Below are positions 28,889 to 37,696 of a stretch of DNA of 64,000 nucleotides, piece by piece. The position numbers and the translations under genes were made by a program. Origin of the DNA: an uncultured Coriobacteriaceae bacterium. GTDB taxonomy: Bacteria; Actinomycetota; Coriobacteriia; Coriobacteriales; CADBOM01. The stretch's first letter is position 1, and every line of letters begins with the position of its first letter. The notes under the pieces are model-generated. The model searched no databases. It had not been told where the DNA came from and saw only the letters and a list, made by a program, of their open reading frames with translations. The stretch is taken from positions 14,354 through 78,353 of the forward strand of contig CAZLCK010000002.1 of assembly GCA_964558235.1 (NCBI GenBank), given 5' to 3'.

Positions 28889-30379
28889 ATGCCTAATTCG
28901 ATTGGTTTTGATAAAGATAAGTATATCTCAATGCAGGCTGAGAGGATTCGTCAAAGAATTTCGGATTTCGGAGGAAAGCTTTATCTAGAATTTGGCGGGA
29001 AGCTTTACGACGATCATCATGCGACGAGAGTTCTACCCGGTTTTGAGCCTGATATTAAGCTCAGCATGTTAAAAAGCATGATAAATGATGTCGAGATCAT
29101 CATCGTAATTAGCGCTAGTGATATCGAGAAAAGTAAAGTTAGAGGCGATCTTGGGATTACATATGATGAAGATCTCCTGAGACTGATGGGTATATTTTTA
29201 AACCTAGGCTTTATGGTGGGATCAGTTGTAATAACGCACTATACTGGTCAAACCAATGCTCACGCTTTTCAAAAACGTCTCGAGTCTTTGGGGGTTAAGT
29301 GCTATATGCACTCTCCTATCGAAGGATATCCATATAACATTGATTTGATTGTAAGTGATGAAGGTTATGGGAAAAATCCCTATATAGAGACCAGCCGTCC
29401 GTTAGTTGTAATTACCGCACCGGGTCCTGGCAGCGGAAAGATGGCAACCTGTCTTTCGCAGCTCTACCACGAATATCGTCGTGAAAACAAGGCTGGTTAT
29501 GCAAAATTTGAGACCTTCCCTATTTGGAATTTACCACTTGATCATCCAGTAAATATCGCTTATGAAGCTGCAACCGTTGATTTGGGAGATGTAAATGCAA
29601 TCGATCCATTTCATCTAGAAGCTTATGGGGAATCTACTGTTAATTACAATCGCGACATAGAGATATTCCCAGTTCTTCGCAATATTATGGAAAAAGTTAT
29701 GGGTGGAGAGTGTCCTTATAAATCACCGACCGACATGGGTGTAAATATGGCTGGTATGGCCATTTGTAATGATGATGTAATACGAGAGGCAGCTAAACGA
29801 GAGATCGTTAGACGTTATTATTCAGTTGCTGTTGAAGCTAAACGAACTGGCATGGGTGAAGAAAGTATAGCCCGTATCGAAATCATGATGAATCGAGCAG
29901 GAGTAAATGCTAATTACTCCCCTGCTCATAGTGCGGCTTTACTTAAAGAAGAGGTCAGTGGAGGCCCCGCAGGAGCAATGGAACTACCTGACGGACGAAT
30001 AATAACTGGAAAGACTTCTGCGCTTTTAACAGCACCTTCGTCATTGTTATTAAATGCATTAAAGGCACAAGCTGGGATTGATGACGATATCTATGTAATA
30101 AGTGACGCTGCTCTTGAGCCAATCTGTCATTTAAGGACTGAACAGCTTGGCTATGTGAATCCACATTTGCAACCAATGGAGATGTTAATCGCACTCTCTA
30201 CAAGTTCTTTGACTAGCCCCTTAGCTGCTCGAGTACTTGAGCATGCTCATGAACTTCGTGGGTGTGATGCTTACTTTTCTGTAATTATCTCTCAAGAAGA
30301 TGAACAGCTTTATAAAACACTAGGCATAAACGTTTGTTGTGAACCAAAGTATGAGGGCGGATCTCCAATAGTTCTTTAA
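28889..30379 (+). CDS. UPF0371 / DUF1846 family protein
   Basis: 496 aa. Highly characteristic blocks GGKLYLEFGGKLYDDHHATRVLPGFEPD and TAPGPGSGKMATCLSQLYHE...AGYAKFETFPIWNLPLDHPVN. Confidence 0.8.
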   Translation: MPNSIGFDKDKYISMQAERIRQRISDFGGKLYLEFGGKLYDDHHATRVLPGFEPDIKLSMLKSMINDVEIIIVISASDIEKSKVRGDLGITYDEDLLRLMGIFLNLGFMVGSVVITHYTGQTNAHAFQKRLESLGVKCYMHSPIEGYPYNIDLIVSDEGYGKNPYIETSRPLVVITAPGPGSGKMATCLSQLYHEYRRENKAGYAKFETFPIWNLPLDHPVNIAYEAATVDLGDVNAIDPFHLEAYGESTVNYNRDIEIFPVLRNIMEKVMGGECPYKSPTDMGVNMAGMAICNDDVIREAAKREIVRRYYSVAVEAKRTGMGEESIARIEIMMNRAGVNANYSPAHSAALLKEEVSGGPAGAMELPDGRIITGKTSALLTAPSSLLLNALKAQAGIDDDIYVISDAALEPICHLRTEQLGYVNPHLQPMEMLIALSTSSLTSPLAARVLEHAHELRGCDAYFSVIISQEDEQLYKTLGINVCCEPKYEGGSPIVL

Positions 30380-31221
30380 CAGTTTTTACTATATTTTGAG
30401 AAATTAACCAGATCAGGTAAAGCGAGTTCAAACTTTACTCCATACCAATGGTTTGTATCTGGTTGAGTAAGCTCTATGCATTTAACTGTATAATCGGCTG
30501 CAATTCTGGCCGACTCGATGGCATTATGTCCGTTCATCATCATTCCAACAAACGATGATGCATAAACGTCTCCTGTTCCATGGCATCCCTTTGAGATAAG
30601 CCTATGCTCATAATATGAATATGCACCATTTTCAAAAACAACCACACCGGTCTTGTCTTCTCTAAACGATACTCCAGTTAAAATAACATTTTTTGCACCT
30701 AGGTCACATAGTGCATGGAGGAGTTCTAGAATGTAATTTTCATCGTAGTTCTCGAGATATTCTAGTCCAGTAAGATAAGCAGCTTCTGTGATATTTGGCA
30801 AGATATAGTCTCCAACGGCGCATAAGCGCTTCATAGCATCTACATACTCATCATCAAAGGCTGGATAGAGTCTTCCATTGTCTGCCATGGCTGGATCGAT
30901 AAATTTTGGAGCTCCAGGATTACTAAGAGTATTAAAGATGTCGATCATATAGTCGATCTGCTCTTTACTCCCTAGATACCCGGTATAAAAAGCATCAAAG
31001 GTGATATTTTCCTTTTTCCAATGCGCTGCAATATCAGGGATATCCTTAGATAGATCTCTAACAGTAAAACCAGTAAATCCGCCGGTATGTGTTGACAAAA
31101 CTGCAGAAGGGATAATGCAAGTTTCAATACCACAGGCAGATATGATCGGAAGTGCTACAGTTAAGGAGCATTGTCCAACACACGAGATATCTTGAATAGT
31201 TAATATTCTCGAGTATTTCAT
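30376..31221 (-). CDS. pdxK: Pyridoxal/pyridoxine/pyridoxamine kinase
   Basis: 281 aa ribokinase-fold PdxK/PdxY pattern (ILTIQDISCVGQCSL..., C-terminal GTGDVYASSF). Its stop overlaps the convergent UPF0371 stop in the tetranucleotide TTAA. Confidence 0.8.
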   Translation of the reverse strand: MKYSRILTIQDISCVGQCSLTVALPIISACGIETCIIPSAVLSTHTGGFTGFTVRDLSKDIPDIAAHWKKENITFDAFYTGYLGSKEQIDYMIDIFNTLSNPGAPKFIDPAMADNGRLYPAFDDEYVDAMKRLCAVGDYILPNITEAAYLTGLEYLENYDENYILELLHALCDLGAKNVILTGVSFREDKTGVVVFENGAYSYYEHRLISKGCHGTGDVYASSFVGMMMNGHNAIESARIAADYTVKCIELTQPDTNHWYGVKFELALPDLVNFSKYSKNC

Positions 31222-31381
31222 AGTAATAAAGACACCTCTTTCAAGAAATAAATGGAAAATATCCGAAAAACATTCTCTTACAACAAAAGTGTTATCCGAC
31301 CTTCTTTTATGTATTTAATTATTAATAGTCCGTATATGGAGCAGTTTTAGCTTGTTATACTTATAGAAAAAAGGAGAGAAA

Positions 31382-31450
31382 ATGGCTAAAAAGATCGTCT
31401 ATAAAAAACCTAGAATTATCAAAGTCTCTATGACAACTATGATCTCTTAA
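31382..31450 (+). CDS. Candidate RiPP precursor peptide, 22 aa (MAKKIVYKKPRIIKVSMTTMIS)
   Basis: Not in the ORF track because it is too short. ATG preceded by AAGGAGAG with a 5-nt spacer, the strongest SD in this intergenic region. A 7-bp hairpin (31452-31479) follows its stop. It sits 62 nt upstream of, and on the same strand as, the rSAM + PqqD-like genes. Confidence 0.45.
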   Translation: MAKKIVYKKPRIIKVSMTTMIS

Positions 31451-31512
31451 TATGATTTAAAAAGTTGCAAGAAAATCATTTGGACAACGATTCAGATTCA
31501 TAATCCTTAAAG

Positions 31513-32451
31513 ATGACTAATCTCATTAGTGCAGGAAAGATCAAGGGGCTAAGCAGGGCGTGTCCAGGGCCATTGCTTCACATTAACTACAATATCAGTT
31601 TTAAATGTTCTTTTAATTGTCTTCATTGCTATAGCAGACTTGAAGAAGAACATAGTTTTGTCAAAGATGAACTCAACTTAAATCAAAAGCTTAAAGTTTG
31701 TAAAAATATTATTTCTTCGGGTGTTTTTAGCGTCAATCTAGGCGGAGGAGAACCTCTAGAGTGTGAAGATATCTATCCTGTAATTGAATATCTTTCTAAA
31801 AGCGGGGTACAGGTCTCTATATGTTCTAATGGGTGGGGGCTAACAGCAGAGGTTGCTGAAAAGCTAAAACATGCTGGCTTAAAAAAAGTGCATCTATCTC
31901 TAGATGATTCGATTGAAACAAAGCACGATACGCTTCGTAATCGACAAGATAGTTTTAAACATCTTTTACAAGCAGCAAATAATTGCAGAAAAACTGGAAT
32001 AAAAATAGGGATATCTACAACTTTATATCGTGATAACTTTAACCGATTGGACGAAATTGCTGAGATTGCACACAGGCTCAATGCCACTTCGTTTGAGATT
32101 AAAGGCCTAAAACCTAAGGGAAATGCAAAATTATTTTGGGACAAAACATTAACAGACGCTCAAGAATCTTCTCTTTATAACGAGATCAAGATACTCAAAG
32201 CAAAATATACTAATAAGGGCTTGGATGTTCGCCTTGTCTATTCTCATAATTCTTTTGAAGAGATTGATGACGGATGTCCTTGCGGAAGAACAGTTTTGGC
32301 GATATTGCCAAATGGAATCGTTGCACCATGTGTGTACAGCCCACGTATTGCAGGTAATGCTTTAACAGAGTCATTAAGTGATATATGGGTTAATTCCAAA
32401 GAATTAAATGAATTTAGATCTCTTAATATTTGTGCAGGATTGGAAAGATAG
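31513..32451 (+). CDS. Radical SAM enzyme with a C-terminal auxiliary-cluster (twitch/SPASM-like) region
   Basis: CxxxCxxC = CSFNCLHC, SAM-binding GGGEPL, and C-terminal Cys set DDGCPCG-x16-PC...NIC. 312 aa. Confidence 0.85.
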   Translation: MTNLISAGKIKGLSRACPGPLLHINYNISFKCSFNCLHCYSRLEEEHSFVKDELNLNQKLKVCKNIISSGVFSVNLGGGEPLECEDIYPVIEYLSKSGVQVSICSNGWGLTAEVAEKLKHAGLKKVHLSLDDSIETKHDTLRNRQDSFKHLLQAANNCRKTGIKIGISTTLYRDNFNRLDEIAEIAHRLNATSFEIKGLKPKGNAKLFWDKTLTDAQESSLYNEIKILKAKYTNKGLDVRLVYSHNSFEEIDDGCPCGRTVLAILPNGIVAPCVYSPRIAGNALTESLSDIWVNSKELNEFRSLNICAGLER

Positions 32452-32802
32452 ATGACTAAGTATGTTTTAAGTGATAAGGCAATTGTTCAACGTCCTTATT
32501 TGAATATTTCTGGATGTACAAATATCAAGCAAGTAGCACTTCGAGCTCTTGAAGATGAGAGCATTGATCCAGATGCAACAGCTGTGGCCGTTGGTCTTGG
32601 TGAAGAAAATGAAATCTATTGTTTAAACCTTAGTGCTGCTATTGTTTTTGAAGCTCTGTTGGTTGAAAAAGATCTTTGCTGGATTATCGAAACTCTATCA
32701 TCTGTATTTGATGCAAACGAGCAAGATTTAGCAAGCGATGTAAAAGAGACTATAGCGCAACTTTTGAACTTTGAGATTCTTATTGAATTGGAAAGCGAAT
32801 AG
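32452..32802 (+). CDS. PqqD-like protein (probable RiPP recognition element)
   Basis: 116 aa. The ATG immediately abuts the rSAM TAG stop. The C-terminal 70 aa fit the PqqD pattern (IYCLNLSAAIVFEALL...IIETLSSVFDANEQDLASDVKETIAQLLNFEILIE). Confidence 0.6.
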   Translation: MTKYVLSDKAIVQRPYLNISGCTNIKQVALRALEDESIDPDATAVAVGLGEENEIYCLNLSAAIVFEALLVEKDLCWIIETLSSVFDANEQDLASDVKETIAQLLNFEILIELESE

Positions 32803-32943
32803 CCATGGTGTTGCCTGGTCTGCCAGAACGTAGAACTAGTATTTTGGTTCAGAAGCTTATTATTCACATAATGATGCCTTGATGCTTGGAGATCATAGGC
32901 AAAATTTGCCTGATTAAATTGATGAGCTAGATTTTACTTGATG

Positions 32944-33984
32944 TCACCAAAGCCCAATTACATGCTGCATAGCAAGACTTACACAAGCAATCGCTATCCA
33001 ACAGGTTAATCCTAAAAGAAGTGGCTTTGCTCCGCTTTTTATAAGCTTTACTACGTCAGTTCCAAGTCCAATGGCTGCCATCGCCATAATGATTAAAAAT
33101 TTTGCAATGTTAGAAAAAGGATCAAAAAAAGAGTCATTAACTCCGATACTTGTTGCAATAGTTGTAATGATCGATGCAAAAACAAAGAAAAGGATGAACA
33201 TTGGAAAGGATTTCTTGAGGCTAAATCCTCCAACCGTAGAGCCGCCTTCGGCTTGAGCAAGTTTTCGTTCATGTGATGAGACCCACAATGCCAAAACTAA
33301 AGTGATCGGAATAATAGCCAATGTTCTTGTTAACTTGACAATAGTGGCATAATCTAGCGCATTAGAACCTGAATGCATTCCATCCCAAGCAGCAGCTGCA
33401 GCAGTAACAGAAGATGTATCATTAACGGCAGTTCCTGCAAAAAGTCCAAAGCCTTCATTAGTAAGTCCTAGTACACTACCTAAACTTGGAAAAATCAAAG
33501 CTGCAATAACATTAAATAAAAAGATAACTGAGATCGACTGAGCAACCTCTTCGTCTCTTGCCTTTATAACAGGAGCTGTTGCTGCAATTGCAGATCCACC
33601 ACAAATTGAAGAACCAACACCTATTAGTGTTGCGATTTCGCCTGGAATCTTAAGAGCTTTGCTTACCGCAAATGCAACTATCAGACTTGTGGAGATAGTT
33701 AAAAGGATTATTGGTAAAGATGTTATTCCAACTTGAGCAATCTGATTAAGATTAAGTCCAAATCCAAGTAGAATAACAGCTAATTGAAGAATCTTCTTAG
33801 ATGTAAAGCCTATCCCCTCGCCTGCTTTAGCATGATCTTTCCAAAAAATCGAGATAATCATTCCGGTAAGTATTGCAAAGACCGGACCGCCTACTACAGG
33901 AATCAAAGTGCCAATGTAATAACACGGGATCGCTATAATAAGACACACTAAAAAGCCAGGAAGAATCCTCAAAATCTTTGACAT
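32944..33984 (-). CDS. YeiH/UPF0324-family integral membrane protein (putative anion exporter)
   Basis: 346 aa, ~10 TM helices, with conserved [15 protein letters not shown] and TAVNDTSSV blocks. Confidence 0.75.
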   Translation of the reverse strand: MSKILRILPGFLVCLIIAIPCYYIGTLIPVVGGPVFAILTGMIISIFWKDHAKAGEGIGFTSKKILQLAVILLGFGLNLNQIAQVGITSLPIILLTISTSLIVAFAVSKALKIPGEIATLIGVGSSICGGSAIAATAPVIKARDEEVAQSISVIFLFNVIAALIFPSLGSVLGLTNEGFGLFAGTAVNDTSSVTAAAAAWDGMHSGSNALDYATIVKLTRTLAIIPITLVLALWVSSHERKLAQAEGGSTVGGFSLKKSFPMFILFFVFASIITTIATSIGVNDSFFDPFSNIAKFLIIMAMAAIGLGTDVVKLIKSGAKPLLLGLTCWIAIACVSLAMQHVIGLW

Positions 33985-34173
33985 CTTAAGTGACTCCTCA
34001 TACTAATAAAATATACTGTTTTAGTTTTTAAACGATTTTAATTCTTTCTAAAAATTACCATAATATAAATGTTTTAACTTGCACTCTAACGGCAGCGTTT
34101 TGGTTAATTTTCTCGTATGTTAATCGTTTGATTTGCTTATTTAAAAAGTATCCAAGCTGTTGTTGACACATAA

Positions 34174-35247
34174 TTGGAGAGTGTTTTGAATAAAAATATG
34201 TACAGATATTCAGAACGTTTGGCAGATAAGCTTATAGAGCACTCCACGCTTAGTGAAAATGAATTTTCTTATCTTATTTGTTATAGAACTCCTGAGATTG
34301 CATCAAAACTCGCCACCAGAGCTCTTGAAGTCAAAAAGTCAATATATGGCAACGAGATTTTTATTCGCGGACTTATTGAATTTAGTAATTTTTGTAAAAA
34401 TGATTGCCTTTATTGTGGAATTCGATCATCAAATAGAAGCTGTGAACGTTATAGGTTAGATATATCAACTATTCTTCAATGCTGTAAAAAAGGATATAAG
34501 CTTGGATTTCGTACTTTTGTATTGCAAGGCGGAGAAGATAATTGTATAGATGATAGTTTTCTTGTCGAAGTAATACAGGATATAAAAGACGAGTTCAAAG
34601 ACTGCGCAGTTACTCTTTCTATAGGCGAAAGATCGCAAAAGAGCTATAGAGCATTAAGAAAAGCTGGAGCTGATAGATATCTACTTCGTCATGAAACAGC
34701 AAGTTTTTCGCATTATAAGCTTCTCCATCCACGCAATATGTCTCAGATCAATCGAATCAATTGTCTATGTGAACTAAAGAACTTAGGATATCAAATTGGA
34801 GCAGGGTTTATGGTAGGCTCGCCTTATCAAACTCCTCAAACTTTAGCTAAAGATCTTGTTTTTATTCAAAGACTTAATCCAGATATGTGTGGAATTGGGC
34901 CATTTATCCCTCATCATGCAACTCCGCTATATAATTTCAATAAAGGAACTGTTGAGCTTACATGTTTTTTACTCTCAATTTTAAGAATTATTTGTCCTCA
35001 TATTTTGCTTCCAGCAACTACTGCGCTTGGAACAATAGATGAATTTGGGCGCGAAAAGGGCATTTTGTCAGGCGCAAATGTTGTTATGCCTAATTTAAGC
35101 CCACAAGATGTATTGGGAAAATATGAAATATATGAGAACAAGTTAGTTACTGGAACTGAAAATGCTCAAGCAATAGAAGCTCTACATAATAGATTTGCAA
35201 AGATAGGCTGTAAAATAAGTATCTCTCGTGGTGATGTTAGGAAATAA
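34174..35247 (+). CDS. hydE: [FeFe]-hydrogenase maturase HydE (radical SAM)
   Basis: IEFSNFCKNDCLYCGIRSSN (CxxxCxxC), LQGGED, GADRYLLRHETA, GAGFMVG, GIGPFIPH, LPATTALGT and GANVVMPN, all matching the HydE pattern. The start codon is uncertain (TTG 34174 or ATG 34198). Confidence 0.85.
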   Translation: MESVLNKNMYRYSERLADKLIEHSTLSENEFSYLICYRTPEIASKLATRALEVKKSIYGNEIFIRGLIEFSNFCKNDCLYCGIRSSNRSCERYRLDISTILQCCKKGYKLGFRTFVLQGGEDNCIDDSFLVEVIQDIKDEFKDCAVTLSIGERSQKSYRALRKAGADRYLLRHETASFSHYKLLHPRNMSQINRINCLCELKNLGYQIGAGFMVGSPYQTPQTLAKDLVFIQRLNPDMCGIGPFIPHHATPLYNFNKGTVELTCFLLSILRIICPHILLPATTALGTIDEFGREKGILSGANVVMPNLSPQDVLGKYEIYENKLVTGTENAQAIEALHNRFAKIGCKISISRGDVRK

Positions 35248-35290
35248 AATACATCACAGTAAAATACATTTGGAAAGAGGCACAAACTAG

Positions 35291-36736
35291 ATGTCATATA
35301 ATCTTTTGTCTGAAAATGCGGATGAGTTTATCTGTCACAATGAGATTCTAGAGACTCTAAAATATGCAGATGAACATGCTAATGATGTTGAACTTATCAA
35401 GAAGATTTTACGTAAAGCTACGCCAAAAGAAACTTCCAATGCGTATATATGTGAAGGACTAGATCATAGAGAAGCCTCTATTTTATTAGCTTGTCAAATT
35501 CCTGAAATAGTAGAAGAGATCAAAAAAATTGCAGAGAAGATCAAGCTTGCTTTTTATGGAAATAGAATTGTAATCTTTGCTCCTTTATATCTTTCCAATT
35601 ATTGCATCAATGGGTGTCTATATTGTCCATATCACAAGCAAAATTCTACAATTCCAAGAAAAAAATTAACCCAAGATGAGATTAGAAAAGAAGTTATTGC
35701 TCTACAGGATATGGGCCATAAGCGTCTAGCTATAGAGGCCGGCGAAGATCCTTTAAACAACCCTTTTGATTACATTTTAGAAAGTATAAATACAATCTAT
35801 TCGATTAAGCATAATAATGGCGCTATTAGACGTGTTAATGTAAATATTGCTGCTACGACAGTCGAAGAATATAAGATGCTACATGATGCTGGAATTGGCA
35901 CATATATTCTTTTCCAAGAAACTTACCATAAACAAAATTATTTAGAACTCCATCCATCTGGTCCTAAGCATAGCTATAACTACCATACAGAGGCAATGGA
36001 TCGTGCAATGCAAGGCGGAATCGATGACGTAGGTTTAGGTGTATTATTTGGCCTAGATAGATATAGATATGAATTCGCCGGACTTTTGATGCATGCCGAG
36101 CATCTGGAAGCTAAATTTGGAGTTGGCCCTCATACCATCAGTGTCCCAAGAGTTAAGCATGCTGATGATATCGATCCAAATGCCTTTGATAATTCCATCG
36201 ATGACGATACATTTATTAAGATTATCGCCTGCATTCGTTTAGCCGTTCCTTATACCGGAATGATTATTTCTACCAGGGAGAGCGAGTCCGTACGACAGAG
36301 AGCTCTTAGCGCGGGAATCTCGCAAATTAGCGGGGGTTCTAGAACCTCTGTTGGTGGATATACTGAACAAATACGTCCACGTGATACCGAGCAGTTTGAT
36401 GTCTCGGATCAACGCACTTTAGATGAAGTTATTTCATGGTTGATAGACAATGGACATATACCTTCCTTTTGCACAGCATGCTATAGGGCAGGACGTACGG
36501 GCGACAGGTTTATGGAATTTTGTAAAGCAGGTCAAATTTTGAACTACTGTCACCCTAACGCACTCATGACTTTGGCCGAGTATTTAGTTGATTATGCTTC
36601 TGAAGATACCTACAAAAAAGGTTTTAAAATGATTGAACATGAGTTAAATAAAATTCCATCTAAAAAAACTTTACAAATAGCATCTCAAAACATTAAAAGT
36701 ATTGCAGATGGCTCTGGAAGAGATTTTTCATTTTAA
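35291..36736 (+). CDS. hydG: [FeFe]-hydrogenase maturase HydG (tyrosine lyase, radical SAM)
   Basis: 481 aa. SNYCINGCLYCPYH (CxxxCxxC) and C-terminal auxiliary-cluster motif CTACYRAGRTGDRFMEFC. SD AAAGAGG. Confidence 0.85.
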   Translation: MSYNLLSENADEFICHNEILETLKYADEHANDVELIKKILRKATPKETSNAYICEGLDHREASILLACQIPEIVEEIKKIAEKIKLAFYGNRIVIFAPLYLSNYCINGCLYCPYHKQNSTIPRKKLTQDEIRKEVIALQDMGHKRLAIEAGEDPLNNPFDYILESINTIYSIKHNNGAIRRVNVNIAATTVEEYKMLHDAGIGTYILFQETYHKQNYLELHPSGPKHSYNYHTEAMDRAMQGGIDDVGLGVLFGLDRYRYEFAGLLMHAEHLEAKFGVGPHTISVPRVKHADDIDPNAFDNSIDDDTFIKIIACIRLAVPYTGMIISTRESESVRQRALSAGISQISGGSRTSVGGYTEQIRPRDTEQFDVSDQRTLDEVISWLIDNGHIPSFCTACYRAGRTGDRFMEFCKAGQILNYCHPNALMTLAEYLVDYASEDTYKKGFKMIEHELNKIPSKKTLQIASQNIKSIADGSGRDFSF

Positions 36737-36746
36737 AAATCTTACC

Positions 36747-37133
36747 TTATAGCTCAGGTTCAACCATAACTGGTGGTAAAATCTCAATCCAACATCCATC
36801 AGGATCTTCAATAAAGTAAACACCAAGCTGGTCGTTTACAAAGCATATACAGCCCATTTCTTCATGAAGAGCCTTAAAAGCGCCAAAGTCATCAACTTGT
36901 AGCGCCAAATGGGTGTCATCACTACCATTGTTATAAGCCTCTTCCCTACCCTTATTCCAAGTAAGTTCAATCTCAAAATCATCTTCACCATTACCAATAA
37001 AGACATTTAACCAAGAACCGTCTTTTGGTCCAAACTGATGAATCTTTTCAAATCCTAAGGCTTTTTTATAAAAATCTAGAGACTTTTCTAGATCCAATAC
37101 ATGAATGCAACGATGCACTACTCTAGCTTTCAT
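36747..37133 (-). CDS. VOC-family protein (glyoxalase I-like)
   Basis: 128 aa. Paired beta-alpha-beta-beta-beta pattern with metal ligands (H8...E55...H75...E116-like positions: HVLDL / EIELT / HLALQV / WIEIL). Confidence 0.7.
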   Translation of the reverse strand: MKARVVHRCIHVLDLEKSLDFYKKALGFEKIHQFGPKDGSWLNVFIGNGEDDFEIELTWNKGREEAYNNGSDDTHLALQVDDFGAFKALHEEMGCICFVNDQLGVYFIEDPDGCWIEILPPVMVEPEL

Positions 37134-37178
37134 ATAACCCCCAATTTCCCTTATTTTTATCGAATTTTAAGTTATCTA

Positions 37179-37206
37179 AGCGATCTTATTAATTAATAAG
37201 ATCGCT
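37179..37206. promoter_or_regulatory. Perfect 28-nt palindrome AGCGATCTTATTAA|TTAATAAGATCGCT
   Basis: 14/14 complementary positions, read directly. It lies 46 nt upstream of the VOC start codon inside a divergent (not convergent) intergenic region, so it is not an ordinary terminator. Confidence 0.45.
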
Positions 37207-37349
37207 ATTATATTCAATTGTTCTTATAAATTATTTTTAATTATACGCACTAACTATTATTCTAACTAGGACTATATCTTTTCCATACTTCTTATTTTAA
37301 ATCTCATCAATTTGCCACTCATAGAGAAAAAGTTAGATTTATAGCATTA

Positions 37350-37380
37350 TTGTATGAACACTTGTGCATATGTATATAAT
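37350..37380 (+). promoter_or_regulatory. Candidate promoter with embedded operator for the HMA/P1B-ATPase operon
   Basis: TTGTAT (37350-55), 19-nt spacer, TATAAT (37375-80). The spacer holds the 8-2-8 inverted repeat TATGAACA-CT-TGTGCATA (37353-37370, 7/8 pairs), which includes a TGAACA half-site. Confidence 0.45.
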
Positions 37381-37447
37381 TAAAATCAAATTTCATTAGT
37401 GAATATAGTCATTAAATAGATTTTGAACGAAGAAAAGAGGGGTTCGG

Positions 37448-37666
37448 ATGAAGAAGACTTTTATTCTTGAAGATCTTGGTTGTGCAAATTGTGCTGCAAA
37501 GATGGAGGATGCAATCTCTAAGATCGATGGTGTAAATTCTGCAAAAATCAATTTTGTTATGTCTAAATTGACGATTGATGCTGACTCGACGAGACTAGAT
37601 TCCATTCTTGATGAAGCTCAAAAGATCTGTTCAAGAATTGAGCCTGATGTTGTCATTGTGCATTAG
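37448..37666 (+). CDS. Heavy-metal-associated (HMA) domain metallochaperone
   Basis: 72 aa with the metal motif LGCANCAAK (CxxC) in a ferredoxin-like fold pattern. SD AGAGGGG. Confidence 0.8.
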   Translation: MKKTFILEDLGCANCAAKMEDAISKIDGVNSAKINFVMSKLTIDADSTRLDSILDEAQKICSRIEPDVVIVH

Positions 37667-37696
37667 TCTTTTATAGATATCATTGGTGAGTTAAAA

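Noticed and set aside
30376-30379. Convergent genes with no terminator space: UPF0371/pdxK share their stops in TTAA, and the membrane protein/pheT pair is separated by only 5 nt (55826..55830).
   Set aside because: Compact convergent ends are common in small genomes. Transcriptional read-through or antisense effects are possible, but nothing in the sequence marks this as special.
31252-31350. 32-aa ORF (MENIRKTFSYNKSV...) in the pdxK / rSAM intergenic region.
   Set aside because: It has no SD and it overlaps the likely promoter region of the peptide gene. It is probably random in AT-rich DNA.
32805-32882. Second small ORF (25 aa, MVLPGLPERRTSILVQKLIIHIMMP) just downstream of the PqqD-like gene, as an alternative precursor.
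   Set aside because: It has no convincing SD (only GAAAG) and no features of a core peptide. The upstream 22-aa ORF has much better translation signals. It is only worth checking if comparative data show conservation.
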